Source: Planctomycetota bacterium | GTDB taxonomy: Bacteria > Planctomycetota > PLA2 > JAEUHO01 | NCBI GenBank assembly: GCA_965222115.1 | Contig: CBDCTJ010000004.1 | Span: 1-28,666 of the forward strand | DNA length: 28,666 nucleotides | Reading direction: 5' to 3' | In this document: positions 8,489 through 16,860 of the stretch, one piece after another | Numbering within the stretch: position 1 is the stretch's first letter | How the letters are laid out: each line of letters opens with the position of its first letter | The notes under the pieces: model-generated | What the model saw: only the letters and a program-made list of their open reading frames with translations | The model's database searches: none | Told to the model about the DNA's origin: nothing | Program-made: the position numbers and the translations under genes

Positions 8489-8793
8489 GCCGAAGAATTC
8501 TATCGCACCAGGCAAATAGCGATCTTGAAGCCATCATCGACTTCATCGCTATGGAGTCGATTCAAGGAGCAGAACGCGTACTTTCTGAGTTCGAAGAGAC
8601 GTTTGTGTTGTTGTCCAGGCATCCGGAGATAGGCCATAAGCGCCTTGATCTCGTTGACAACGAAGAACTTCAATTCTGGCCAGTTCGATCGTATCTGCTC
8701 GTTTACCGAGTATTGAGCGGCGGGCCCGAGGTGGCGCGTATTGTCGATGGGCGGCGAGATGTGCCCAGGGTGCTGGGAGAGGCTGGCTCGTAG
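8485..8793 (+). CDS. parE: ParE/RelE-family toxin
   Basis: LSHQANSDLEAIIDFIA...HPEIGHKR...YLLVYR...RIVDGRRD; 4-bp overlap with the antitoxin. Confidence 0.9.
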   Translation: MSRRILSHQANSDLEAIIDFIAMESIQGAERVLSEFEETFVLLSRHPEIGHKRLDLVDNEELQFWPVRSYLLVYRVLSGGPEVARIVDGRRDVPRVLGEAGS

Positions 8794-8911
8794 TTCGCCG
8801 CACTGTCCCTGCGCAATGGGATACTTGCCATCCTTGACGATCACGATTGTCTCTTGCCGCAGGGAAGATCTGTATTGATCACGTTTTTAGCGGCGTCTCA
8901 GGAACTGAGCC

Positions 8912-9697
8912 TTGATTGATACTACTGGATCCTCAAACACACGAGCTGCTGCTCGCCACGCTCTTGTCGAATATATGAAGAGCGACAAACGTGTTGCGCT
9001 TCTTACCGGAACGTTTCAGCACGAAAAACACGTTCTAGCGCTCCAGTGCGTAGTTGAAGCGCTAGAGCATCCTAGTCGCCTACTATTTCGTACGAACAGC
9101 ACTTCTGGAATCTCGAGATTCCTGTCACCGGTGTTCGGCGGAAAGCGTTTGAGTGGGCGTGAGTTTCGAATCGAAGATGGCCACACGTTGTACGCAGATT
9201 CGATAAATTCGTCATCTTGGGGAAAGACACCAAATGAGATCGACGTAGCGATCGTTTATCCAATCGATTCGCTTGACCTACGTACAGCGGACATGAGCCT
9301 GGAAGATCTTCGGCGTCGCGGCGTTCGTAAGATGATTCTCGTTACTTGGACTGACAATTTTGACCTTAGTTGGGCAGGACACCTGGAACCCATCCGCATC
9401 ACGTTCGATGCTGAGGAAGAGCGTCCCGACTATCACAATCGGATGAAGCGCATTGTCTCGAAGCCGTCAAGACGGCGACAGCGGAAGATTCCAGAGTACG
9501 CAAAACATGTTCCCGACAATCGCCTTGTTCGGATTCATTGCGATGGACGTTGCCACGGCAGGGGCTCGCGTTGGGCACGTCTGAATCGTGACCACCCGGG
9601 AATTTCAACACTGAACAGCGCTCAAGATCTTGAGTACACAGCGACGTGTCTTAAGTGTGGCTTTGAAGCCACAGACAACTACAACTGGCTAGAATAG
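8912..9697 (+). CDS. Hypothetical protein, alpha/beta N-domain with C-terminal Zn-ribbon-like Cys pairs
   Basis: 261-aa ORF; HCDGRC ... CLKC near the C-terminus. Confidence 0.7.
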   Translation: MIDTTGSSNTRAAARHALVEYMKSDKRVALLTGTFQHEKHVLALQCVVEALEHPSRLLFRTNSTSGISRFLSPVFGGKRLSGREFRIEDGHTLYADSINSSSWGKTPNEIDVAIVYPIDSLDLRTADMSLEDLRRRGVRKMILVTWTDNFDLSWAGHLEPIRITFDAEEERPDYHNRMKRIVSKPSRRRQRKIPEYAKHVPDNRLVRIHCDGRCHGRGSRWARLNRDHPGISTLNSAQDLEYTATCLKCGFEATDNYNWLE

Positions 9698-9716
9698 AGA
9701 ACGGTTCCAGAAAGGA

Positions 9717-10523
9717 ATGGTTGTGGACTCGAATGAGGATCTGCAGGGAGAATTAGAACAGGCCCTTGGAAAGGGTGCGGGGTCGAAATTGGCACGATTT
9801 GCCCTTTCGGCGCTTGGCGGCATACCTGTTGTTGGGGGAGTTTTTGGAGCCTCCGCAGATAGTTGGTCAGAAGCCAATCAAGAGTGGGTGAATAAAGTTC
9901 TTAAGCAGTGGGTGGAACTGCATGAGGCGGAATTACGAGAGATTGGGCAAACGCTTGCCGAGGTCATTCTTAGGCTCGACAAGGACGATGATCAGGTGAG
10001 GGAGAGGGTTTCAAGCCCGGAGTTTCATTCGCTTGTCAGGAAGTGTTTTCGTGATTGGTCTGCTGCTGAGAGCGAGAGCAAGCGCGTGATGGTACGAAAC
10101 CTTCTAGGGAACGCAGCGTCGTGCTCAATGACAACAGATGATGTCGTTCGTCTCTTCATAGATTGGATTGGAGCGTACTCAGAACTCCATTTTCGAGTGA
10201 TTAAATGCGTTTTCAATAGGAGAGGCATTACTAGACACGGAATTTGGAGGAAGCTGCATTCTGGCAGCGTGCGTGAAGATTCAGCCGATGCAGACTTGTT
10301 TAAGCTTGTCGTTCAGGACCTGAGTATTGGTCACATCATTCGGCAAGATCGCCCCGTGGATGCGTACGGGAGGTTCATCAAGCAGAAGCGTGGCGGAGCG
10401 CGAAAAGCAAGCCCATATATGAAGTCCGCGTTCGACGATGAAAAGCCGTATGTTCTTACTGAGCTTGGAAAACAGTTCGTTCACTACGTGATGAACGACA
10501 TCGTTCCAAAAATTGGCGGCTGA
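9717..10523 (+). CDS. Hypothetical protein (helical N-domain IPVVGG motif, C-terminal winged-helix; Abi-alpha-like architecture)
   Basis: AAAGGA RBS; GGIPVVGGVFGA and YVLTELGKQFV motifs. Confidence 0.75.
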   Translation: MVVDSNEDLQGELEQALGKGAGSKLARFALSALGGIPVVGGVFGASADSWSEANQEWVNKVLKQWVELHEAELREIGQTLAEVILRLDKDDDQVRERVSSPEFHSLVRKCFRDWSAAESESKRVMVRNLLGNAASCSMTTDDVVRLFIDWIGAYSELHFRVIKCVFNRRGITRHGIWRKLHSGSVREDSADADLFKLVVQDLSIGHIIRQDRPVDAYGRFIKQKRGGARKASPYMKSAFDDEKPYVLTELGKQFVHYVMNDIVPKIGG

Positions 10524-10609
10524 TAAGAACATTTGTTGGCAAGATCTACTGTCACCACTTGATACAGGATCATTAGTTTTGATTTTCGTATGCCGGCATG
10601 TGCGCTAGC

Positions 10610-11945
10610 GTTCAGGTGTTGTCGGCGGCGCAAACGCGCCACTGGACACCGTCGAGACGGGCAGTACTGACCGTGAGCGAGGGTTCACCACCCGCGCGAA
10701 GGAGGCGGAGTTCACTTCCCGCCATGGTGCTGGTCCGTAGAGCCGGATGCGCGGAGACGCGCTTGTCCGGTTCGAGGGAGGCTCGTCGGCCTAAAACCTT
10801 GAGATGGCTTGTTTTCTTCTAAGACCCAAACGAAAGGAGTATTCGGGCATAGAAAGCAACACACATCTCTCAAGGGACAATCCCGACGTTCGATCCCATT
10901 GACGTGTGGAAGGTTGTACGAATCTGGGCGACCGGGGAAAACCTGAAATCGAGTTTCGATTCCAGGCGGTCGTTCCTGAACGGGTGACTGAGGAGATTCC
11001 TCGGAAATCCCACCGCGGGGCGAGGACCCGGCCTAAGGGCCAAGAGGGTTCGCGCAACGCTGGCCAGCGTCGGGAGCTTCCGGCAGGCGACTGCTGGAAC
11101 CGGGCACAAGACTGGTGTTCGGGTACTGCGTGAAGAGGCTACGTTTTGAGTAGACGAAAGCGCGGATGTGAAAAGCTCAACGATGAAAGGGGCGCAAGCC
11201 CTTGCTGGTAAGTCTCGCTGGAGACGGTGCCGAACAGCGAAACGCCCGTGGTCGATGGGTAGGGGGGAGCTTCTAGGTTCTGCCCCCCGAAATCGTCATG
11301 TGACGGAAACTGTGGCCAGCCGGGAGGCTGGTACATACGACCCGGGAACGAGAGGGAGATCTCTCTAGCGACGTGAACGGCGAGATGACAGGTACGACGA
11401 ACCGGGGAACCCCTATGGCAACCGGCGTAGTGAACCGGTGCCTGGTCAAAGTCACCAGGTGTTTCAAATGCCATAGAGGGGGAGTGTGTCCCAAGTAGGA
11501 GTCCGCAATGGGCGGAGCGTCTCCCCTGCAAGGCAGTGGGGGAGGGGTTGAGGTCTTGGGTGGTACCAAGACAAATCTCACGACGAAAGGGACGACGGGC
11601 ACGACCCGTCTCGATGGTGTGTTCGTAAGACAGCTAAGTCTTTCGAATGCTTTGGCAAGCAAGTGGAAGCGGTCAGCGAAGAGGCGTCCTGGCGGACGAC
11701 TGTTCATTGACGGCGAAGCGGCGACGAACCCTCGAGTTGCGCGTGAGCGCACTCGGGGAACGTCATAAAGGTTGTGCGGAGCGCCCATGGAATGGGCGAC
11801 CACCTAGGGGAACCTAGGAGCGCCGCGGAAAGGAGTTGACGCAAGGTTCAAGGTTTGAGCGAATTGGAGCTGTAAGGCGGCCAGATGAGCGAAAGGAGGT
11901 TCATGAGCCGTGGGGACGGGCCGCAAATACGTCCCCACACTTGCG
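10610..11945 (+). ncRNA. Large highly structured non-coding RNA candidate, family unrecognised (boundaries approximate)
   Basis: Nested long-range helices 10646-10661/11605-11620, 10661-10668/11122-11129, 10881-10890/11066-11075, 10797-10804/10868-10875, 11413-11420/11469-11476; at least six GNRA-capped hairpins; G-U pairs favour the + strand; no credible ORF. Confidence 0.8.
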
Positions 11946-11955
11946 GAGAGGGGAG

Positions 11956-12723
11956 ATGCACTGGAGCAGATACAAGTGCGAGGCAACCTCGGTGGGCGGC
12001 TTCATTCAGCAGCTCGCGGTTCAGTACGTGACGCATGGGTACTGGCGCTACGTCACGGGCCATATTCCCGAGCACAAGGATCCTCGGGCCGTGGATGAGA
12101 AGCTGATTCGGCGCTACGACATTTCTATCTCAAGCGCCGAACGGTCGCGGCGCAAGAAGGCGGGTCGAGCCAACGTCCAGTACATCCGGCACAAGCGTCT
12201 GTTTGTGCTTGTTGCAACTAAGGGAAGACATCGCTTCTACGAGGAGGAAGCGGGGCAGATTCGGGATTTCAGGCGGGACGTGCTGAAGGTGAGAGGGTAT
12301 GCGATTGCGTACAGGCGTGGGCATGTGAGCGTTCGGATTGAGCGGGGGGAATTCAGGCGTCTAAAGACGTACTTCGAGAATATAGCGGTTCATAAGAGTG
12401 CGAGGGCTGTTGGTGATGAGTTTCATCGAGTTCGTTACGAGCCTTACGCACCAATTAGAAGCCAGCTAGTAGCGTTGCTTCGCACAACAAACCGACAGCG
12501 GAAAATAGCAGGTATGCCGGCTGTGCCGTTTCACGCGCTTCGTCTTCGTCGAAGAATACACGCTCCGTTTAGGGAGTGTCAGGTTCTAGGAGCTTGCGTC
12601 GGGCGTCCTCTGCGTTCTTGCCGCGGAGAAAGAGAAAATGTTGCTCCTAGGGTGCCCAATCGAGCCTCTACTCTACCCTTGACGACGGATCTTGACTTCC
12701 CACCGGGTCGAGATAAATTGTGA
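11956..12723 (+). CDS. Basic hypothetical protein, candidate nucleic-acid-binding partner of the upstream RNA
   Basis: GGAGAGGGGAG RBS before ATG 11956; Arg/Lys/His/Tyr-rich, motifs GFIQQLAVQYVTHGYWRYVTGHIP, RSRRKKAGRANVQYIR, FVLVATKG, EPYAPIRSQL. Confidence 0.85.
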   Translation: MHWSRYKCEATSVGGFIQQLAVQYVTHGYWRYVTGHIPEHKDPRAVDEKLIRRYDISISSAERSRRKKAGRANVQYIRHKRLFVLVATKGRHRFYEEEAGQIRDFRRDVLKVRGYAIAYRRGHVSVRIERGEFRRLKTYFENIAVHKSARAVGDEFHRVRYEPYAPIRSQLVALLRTTNRQRKIAGMPAVPFHALRLRRRIHAPFRECQVLGACVGRPLRSCRGERENVAPRVPNRASTLPLTTDLDFPPGRDKL

Positions 12724-12751
12724 GTGTTCGAGTGGACATAAAGGAGGCACC

Positions 12752-12973
12752 ATGTCTGAAAAGGAAAAGAAGTCACGCCGAGCGACGAAGTACGTTGTTC
12801 TTCCCGTCGAGAGCGTGCGCATGCTTAATGTGCGGAGTGACGAGGAAGTCATAGATGCGCAACGGAACGTCGATGACAAGATGCTTGCCGCTCTTGAGGA
12901 GATGATCAACGCCGCGCGAGCAGGCAAGCTGGAGTCCGTTGCGGCGCTCGCACAGGGCGCTGCTGCCTGGTAG
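12752..12973 (+). CDS. Small 73-aa protein, possible precursor/carrier peptide
   Basis: Strong AAAGGAGG RBS; MSEKEKKSRR...ALAQGAAAW; first gene of an enzyme operon. Confidence 0.75.
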   Translation: MSEKEKKSRRATKYVVLPVESVRMLNVRSDEEVIDAQRNVDDKMLAALEEMINAARAGKLESVAALAQGAAAW

Positions 12974-13017
12974 AGCGTTGGTGCGCCTCTGAGGCGTGTT
13001 TTCGCTACCTCCGTGCT

Positions 13018-14739
13018 ATGACTGGAGTTCTGCACTTACGTCCCATGGGTGGGGTGAGTGTGCGGTGGGTGTCCGCTTTTTCGGGCCATCCTCCGTGCGA
13101 TTCGATCGAGTTTTCCTGCCCAGACGATGAAACGTCGTTTGGGGCTTTGAGATGTTGGCTTGCGCATGCGCGACAGCTTGTCGCGGGGGCGCTATCGGTT
13201 CGCATCGAGGAGGTCGAGGAGCGACTCAACCACATGCTGCCAGATTCGGCGCACGGTGCTGCTCATGCAAGCGTCCTATCTTCCGGTGTCGCGTTCGCTG
13301 TTTTGCGCCGAATCAGTAGGGAGAGCGTCTACACGGCTCGAGTTATCGACTCTGCCGCTAGGGTACTACTGGACGTAGTCCATGAGTTGGAGGTCCAGCT
13401 AGTTCGCGTGCTGGGCGTTACTCAGATTGATCGTCCTTCGCTCAAAGTTCTAGTTCGCGTGGCGCTAGTAGCCGATTCGTCCGCTTGTCAGCTGTGGGAG
13501 TGGCAATTTGACTCGGATCCGTATGAGGAAGACGGAAGCCTCCGGTCTAGGAGCAGGAGTGAGCTTCTTGGCGCCGTAGGAGAAGTTCTGCAGATGCCTC
13601 GCGAGCGATCATGGCGGAGGGCACACCCTTCCAACTCTAACCAGTTGCCCCCGCTCAGACCGACAGTCCAAGGTCTGGCTTCAGACCTAGTCCTTCAGAA
13701 CTACGATCGAATCTTTCGCGCCTTCGAACGAGGGGAGGCGGGGCGGTTTTCGGCGTTCGATCGGGCGCGCCTCATAGCGCTCTCGGCCTTGAACGTCGGA
13801 GACGTGCACTTCGCTGACCAGATGTTGGAAGAATCCGAGTCGATGCTGGACGTCGCTACGGAGGTCGCGCATCTGGCGTATCTGAGAGGTTTGATCGCTG
13901 CCAAGCGTCGCTATGATCTTCAACTTAGCGATCGGCATCATCAACGTGGTCTGAAGGTCGTTGCGGGATCAAGCGCCATGGGGACCAGTCTTGAAAAGGC
14001 ATGGCTCTACAATGGCCTCGCGCTGAATGCTGCTCTCCGTTGGCGACAGTCGGGGACTGGCCGCGAGTTCGATTCCGCCTATGAGTTGCTGATGAAGTCG
14101 TTCAGCGAAGCTAGCAAGCTGGACTGTGCGGCATCGACGTACCTGAGATTCAACTTAGTTGCGAACACGGCTTTCCTTCTGGAGATGTCTGGAAGATACC
14201 GCGATGCGGCGTTTGCGTTTGAGCAGGCCTTCTCCATGGATCATCTTGGTCAGGATCTCAGCGCACCGCTGTCGTATCGGATCGGCGTGCTTTGGATGAG
14301 AGCCAACAACTATCCGGTTGCCAGGCGATTTCTGACCGATGCTCTCGAAGGATGTGCTGAAGACTGGGCCCTTTGTGAAGTTGTACTTCGTGCTCTTGCG
14401 GAGCTCAGCAAGATGTCAGGTGATGTAGGCAAGGCCGCCAGCTATTCGGAACGCGGCGGACGGCTATGTCTCGATGCGCGTGCTCGTCGCGGTGCAATGC
14501 ACCATGTTTCAACTCTTTACGGACTATTGGGACTTGCCGCTCCAACTCGTGCTCTGCTTGCGAAACTGCTCCAGGGAGGCGTAGCTAAGCGCGAGCTAAT
14601 GGCCTTTGCTCCGCGGAGAGTTCCGTCGAAGTTGCCAGCGTATGTGCCTGAAGTTGATCTGGAGAACCTACCGGCGATCGACCTCAACAGATTTCTCGGT
14701 CAGAGTGAGGGGCATCTCCCCCACAAGGAGGTGGTGTAG
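13018..14739 (+). CDS. TPR-like helical repeat protein
   Basis: 573-aa ORF with TPR-like helices (HLAYLRGLIAAK, AWLYNGLAL, GRYRDAAFAFEQA, YRIGVLWMRANNYPVARRFLTDAL). Confidence 0.7.
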   Translation: MTGVLHLRPMGGVSVRWVSAFSGHPPCDSIEFSCPDDETSFGALRCWLAHARQLVAGALSVRIEEVEERLNHMLPDSAHGAAHASVLSSGVAFAVLRRISRESVYTARVIDSAARVLLDVVHELEVQLVRVLGVTQIDRPSLKVLVRVALVADSSACQLWEWQFDSDPYEEDGSLRSRSRSELLGAVGEVLQMPRERSWRRAHPSNSNQLPPLRPTVQGLASDLVLQNYDRIFRAFERGEAGRFSAFDRARLIALSALNVGDVHFADQMLEESESMLDVATEVAHLAYLRGLIAAKRRYDLQLSDRHHQRGLKVVAGSSAMGTSLEKAWLYNGLALNAALRWRQSGTGREFDSAYELLMKSFSEASKLDCAASTYLRFNLVANTAFLLEMSGRYRDAAFAFEQAFSMDHLGQDLSAPLSYRIGVLWMRANNYPVARRFLTDALEGCAEDWALCEVVLRALAELSKMSGDVGKAASYSERGGRLCLDARARRGAMHHVSTLYGLLGLAAPTRALLAKLLQGGVAKRELMAFAPRRVPSKLPAYVPEVDLENLPAIDLNRFLGQSEGHLPHKEVV

Positions 14740-14746
14740 CTGCGGC

Positions 14747-15649
14747 ATGGGACACTCGTTGGTAGTAGGATCAGGGCTCGCTGGCACGTTCATTGCCCGG
14801 CACCTCCGAGAGAGCGGGCACGATGTTGTCGCGGCCGATACTCAGCCGATGTACGGGTACTTCACTCGGTTCTCTGGTTGCGCCGTACCGGACCTGCTTG
14901 CACTCACTGAGAACTGGAAGAATGAGCTGGCAGAGGTCGTCCGGAGTAGGTCGTGGACCTGCATCATTGACGCTGCGGGAGTCGTCGCCGACGCAGACGA
15001 TGCTAGAAGCAACACAACGGCGGTACTGTGCGAAGCGCTGAGCGGATCTGTTGCACAACTTATCCACATCAGTAGTTTCGCGGTGTATGGCGAAGGGCGA
15101 ACGGCGCTCTTTGAACACGACAAACCGAGTCCTCGAACTGCGTACGGGCTCCGAAAGTTGAGGGACGAAGAGATCATCCGCAGCACGCGCAACTTGAAGT
15201 GGACGATAGTCCGGCCGTGCGGCCTGTATGGACCGTTGCGAGTCGGAAGGGGAAGCCACTCCGCGAGGTTCTTGGATCTGGCGTTGCGTAGAGCTGTTGC
15301 ACACGGTGAAGTGACGCTAGAGGGTGCACGGGGATGGCTTGACGAGTATCTGTATGTCGATGAGCTTGGAGTTGCGGTGGCTCTAGCGGCTGGCAACGAT
15401 CGCGCGTCTGGCGAAGTGTTGAACGTTGGCCGAGGAGTCCAGTCTTCAGCCGAGGACGTAGCGAGGGCTATTGAATTACTGATTCCAAGTGCGAAGGTTG
15501 AGGTCATTGAAGGTGTCACTGCGCGGAAGCCGCTGGCGCCGTTGTCGACCGTTCGCGCAGAGAACGTGTTGGGATTTCGCTCCGAGATCTCCCTTGCAGA
15601 TGGACTGTCGCGCTGCCTTGACTACATTCGGGGGCCGGATGGGAGATAG
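14747..15649 (+). CDS. NAD-dependent epimerase/dehydratase (extended SDR)
   Basis: VVGSGLAG Rossmann motif, HISSFAVYG, YGLRK (YxxxK), RPCGLYGP. Confidence 0.9.
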   Translation: MGHSLVVGSGLAGTFIARHLRESGHDVVAADTQPMYGYFTRFSGCAVPDLLALTENWKNELAEVVRSRSWTCIIDAAGVVADADDARSNTTAVLCEALSGSVAQLIHISSFAVYGEGRTALFEHDKPSPRTAYGLRKLRDEEIIRSTRNLKWTIVRPCGLYGPLRVGRGSHSARFLDLALRRAVAHGEVTLEGARGWLDEYLYVDELGVAVALAAGNDRASGEVLNVGRGVQSSAEDVARAIELLIPSAKVEVIEGVTARKPLAPLSTVRAENVLGFRSEISLADGLSRCLDYIRGPDGR

Positions 15650-16217
15650 TGTGCTTGTGATTTGTGCGAGCATGAAGCCTGCGCCGGGTCAGGCAAAGAA
15701 CTCTGCGGTGAGAGCACTCTGCGCACAGTTGTCGGTCGTTCTGCGGGAGGCCGTGCCATCTGTTGGCTTGATGGACCTCAGGGAGAAGCCGCTTCCACTG
15801 TTCGACGGGCGCGATCCTCTGGAGCATGATGATCCGTTGGTCGTTGAGTGGCTTGGCGCGATCGCGGACGCTAGCGCCCTCGTATTTGGCCTGCCTGCGT
15901 ACTGGGGTCTGTTATCAGGAGCGGCGAAGAACTTCTTCGATGTACTCGCCGGTCCGGCCTACGACGTTGACGTTGAAAGCACGGTCTTCTTCAGAAAACC
16001 GTGCGCGGCGTTCGTTATTGGTGCGGATGACAGGAGTGCGGAGTACGGCGCGCTAGGCGCGACGGAACTGCTGACTTGTTTGGGGATGAACCTGGCGGGC
16101 CCGGTGTTGGCGCTTGGCAACCCACGCCAGGCTGGGGGGACGCTTGAGCACTTCTTTGCCTCCATCTTGTCTTCTAGCGGCTCGGCGGTCTTGGAGGGGT
16201 TTCGTGTCAGATCATGA
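15639..16217 (+). CDS. NADPH-dependent FMN reductase (flavodoxin-like)
   Basis: LPLFD, PAYWGLLSGAAKNFFD, KP motifs. Confidence 0.85.
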   Translation: MGDSVLVICASMKPAPGQAKNSAVRALCAQLSVVLREAVPSVGLMDLREKPLPLFDGRDPLEHDDPLVVEWLGAIADASALVFGLPAYWGLLSGAAKNFFDVLAGPAYDVDVESTVFFRKPCAAFVIGADDRSAEYGALGATELLTCLGMNLAGPVLALGNPRQAGGTLEHFFASILSSSGSAVLEGFRVRS

Positions 16218-16860
16218 GACCTTCCGTTGCATTGAGCAGACCGCCGCTCTGGTTTCGCAGCTTGCCGGAGCTAGGCCAGGTACCCTGGACTGGACACAGT
16301 TTGGAGAATTGGAGGCTGTTGTTCGTGAATTTGAGATTCCATCAACGACGATTACTCCGCACATGTCAGCGCTGCTGTGGGCAATCGCTCGAACGAACAC
16401 GCCGAATGTCGTTGTAGGAGTGGGAGCCTACGTAGGAGTCGGCCTAGCTTGGCTCGCCGGGCTGGCTTCAGTACCTCGTTCTCCTCGAAGCGTCGTTGGG
16501 ATTGACATTGACATGGATGCGTGTGCGATCGGGCGCAGGAACTTGGCTCTCCTGGGATTTGGTGACCAGGCGTCGATTTCTCGGGCAGATGGGCTCCGCT
16601 ACGCGTGGTCTGGAGCTCCAGTGGATCTGCTGTTCATAGACGTTGATGATCGTGAAAGACGTAAGGCCGACTATGCGCTCGTCCTTCGCGCATGGGTACA
16701 TCATCTTGCGGCTGGTGCGCTTGTGCTTGCACACGATGCATGCGTTCCTGGCTTTGAACGAGACATCAATCGTTGGCGCAGGGAAGTTCGCCGTCTCGGC
16801 CTTCGGGGTCCAGTTGATCTGCCTATCGATCGCTGTGGTTTGGCGGTGGCTGTCAAGTGA
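16204..16860 (+). CDS. Class I SAM-dependent O-methyltransferase-like protein
   Basis: VGVGAYVG motif I variant, VVGIDID, VDLLFIDVD, LAAGALVLAHD; GTG start inferred. Confidence 0.85.
   Translation: MSDHETFRCIEQTAALVSQLAGARPGTLDWTQFGELEAVVREFEIPSTTITPHMSALLWAIARTNTPNVVVGVGAYVGVGLAWLAGLASVPRSPRSVVGIDIDMDACAIGRRNLALLGFGDQASISRADGLRYAWSGAPVDLLFIDVDDRERRKADYALVLRAWVHHLAAGALVLAHDACVPGFERDINRWRREVRRLGLRGPVDLPIDRCGLAVAVK

Noticed and set aside
10646-11620. Terminal inverted repeats of a MITE/IS
   Set aside because: No target-site duplication evident, no transposase, the mismatch is a G-U pair, and structure continues beyond both arms; better explained as an RNA helix
10600-11945. Group II intron (GTGCG at 10600-10604; GAGCCGT near 11906)
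   Set aside because: The GAGCCG is not closed by the CGGTTC-type 3' strand or the AC bulge of domain V, there is no domain VI/AY end, no RT ORF and no interrupted gene; a very divergent derivative cannot be excluded without cmscan
10598-11986. Short ORFs on both strands within the structured region
   Set aside because: No RBS-supported or family-like products; mutually overlapping; consistent with chance ORFs in GC-rich RNA
13018-14739. PEARL/LanB-like ligase for the upstream peptide
   Set aside because: No recognisable LanB glutamylation-domain motifs; sequence reads as TPR-like helices
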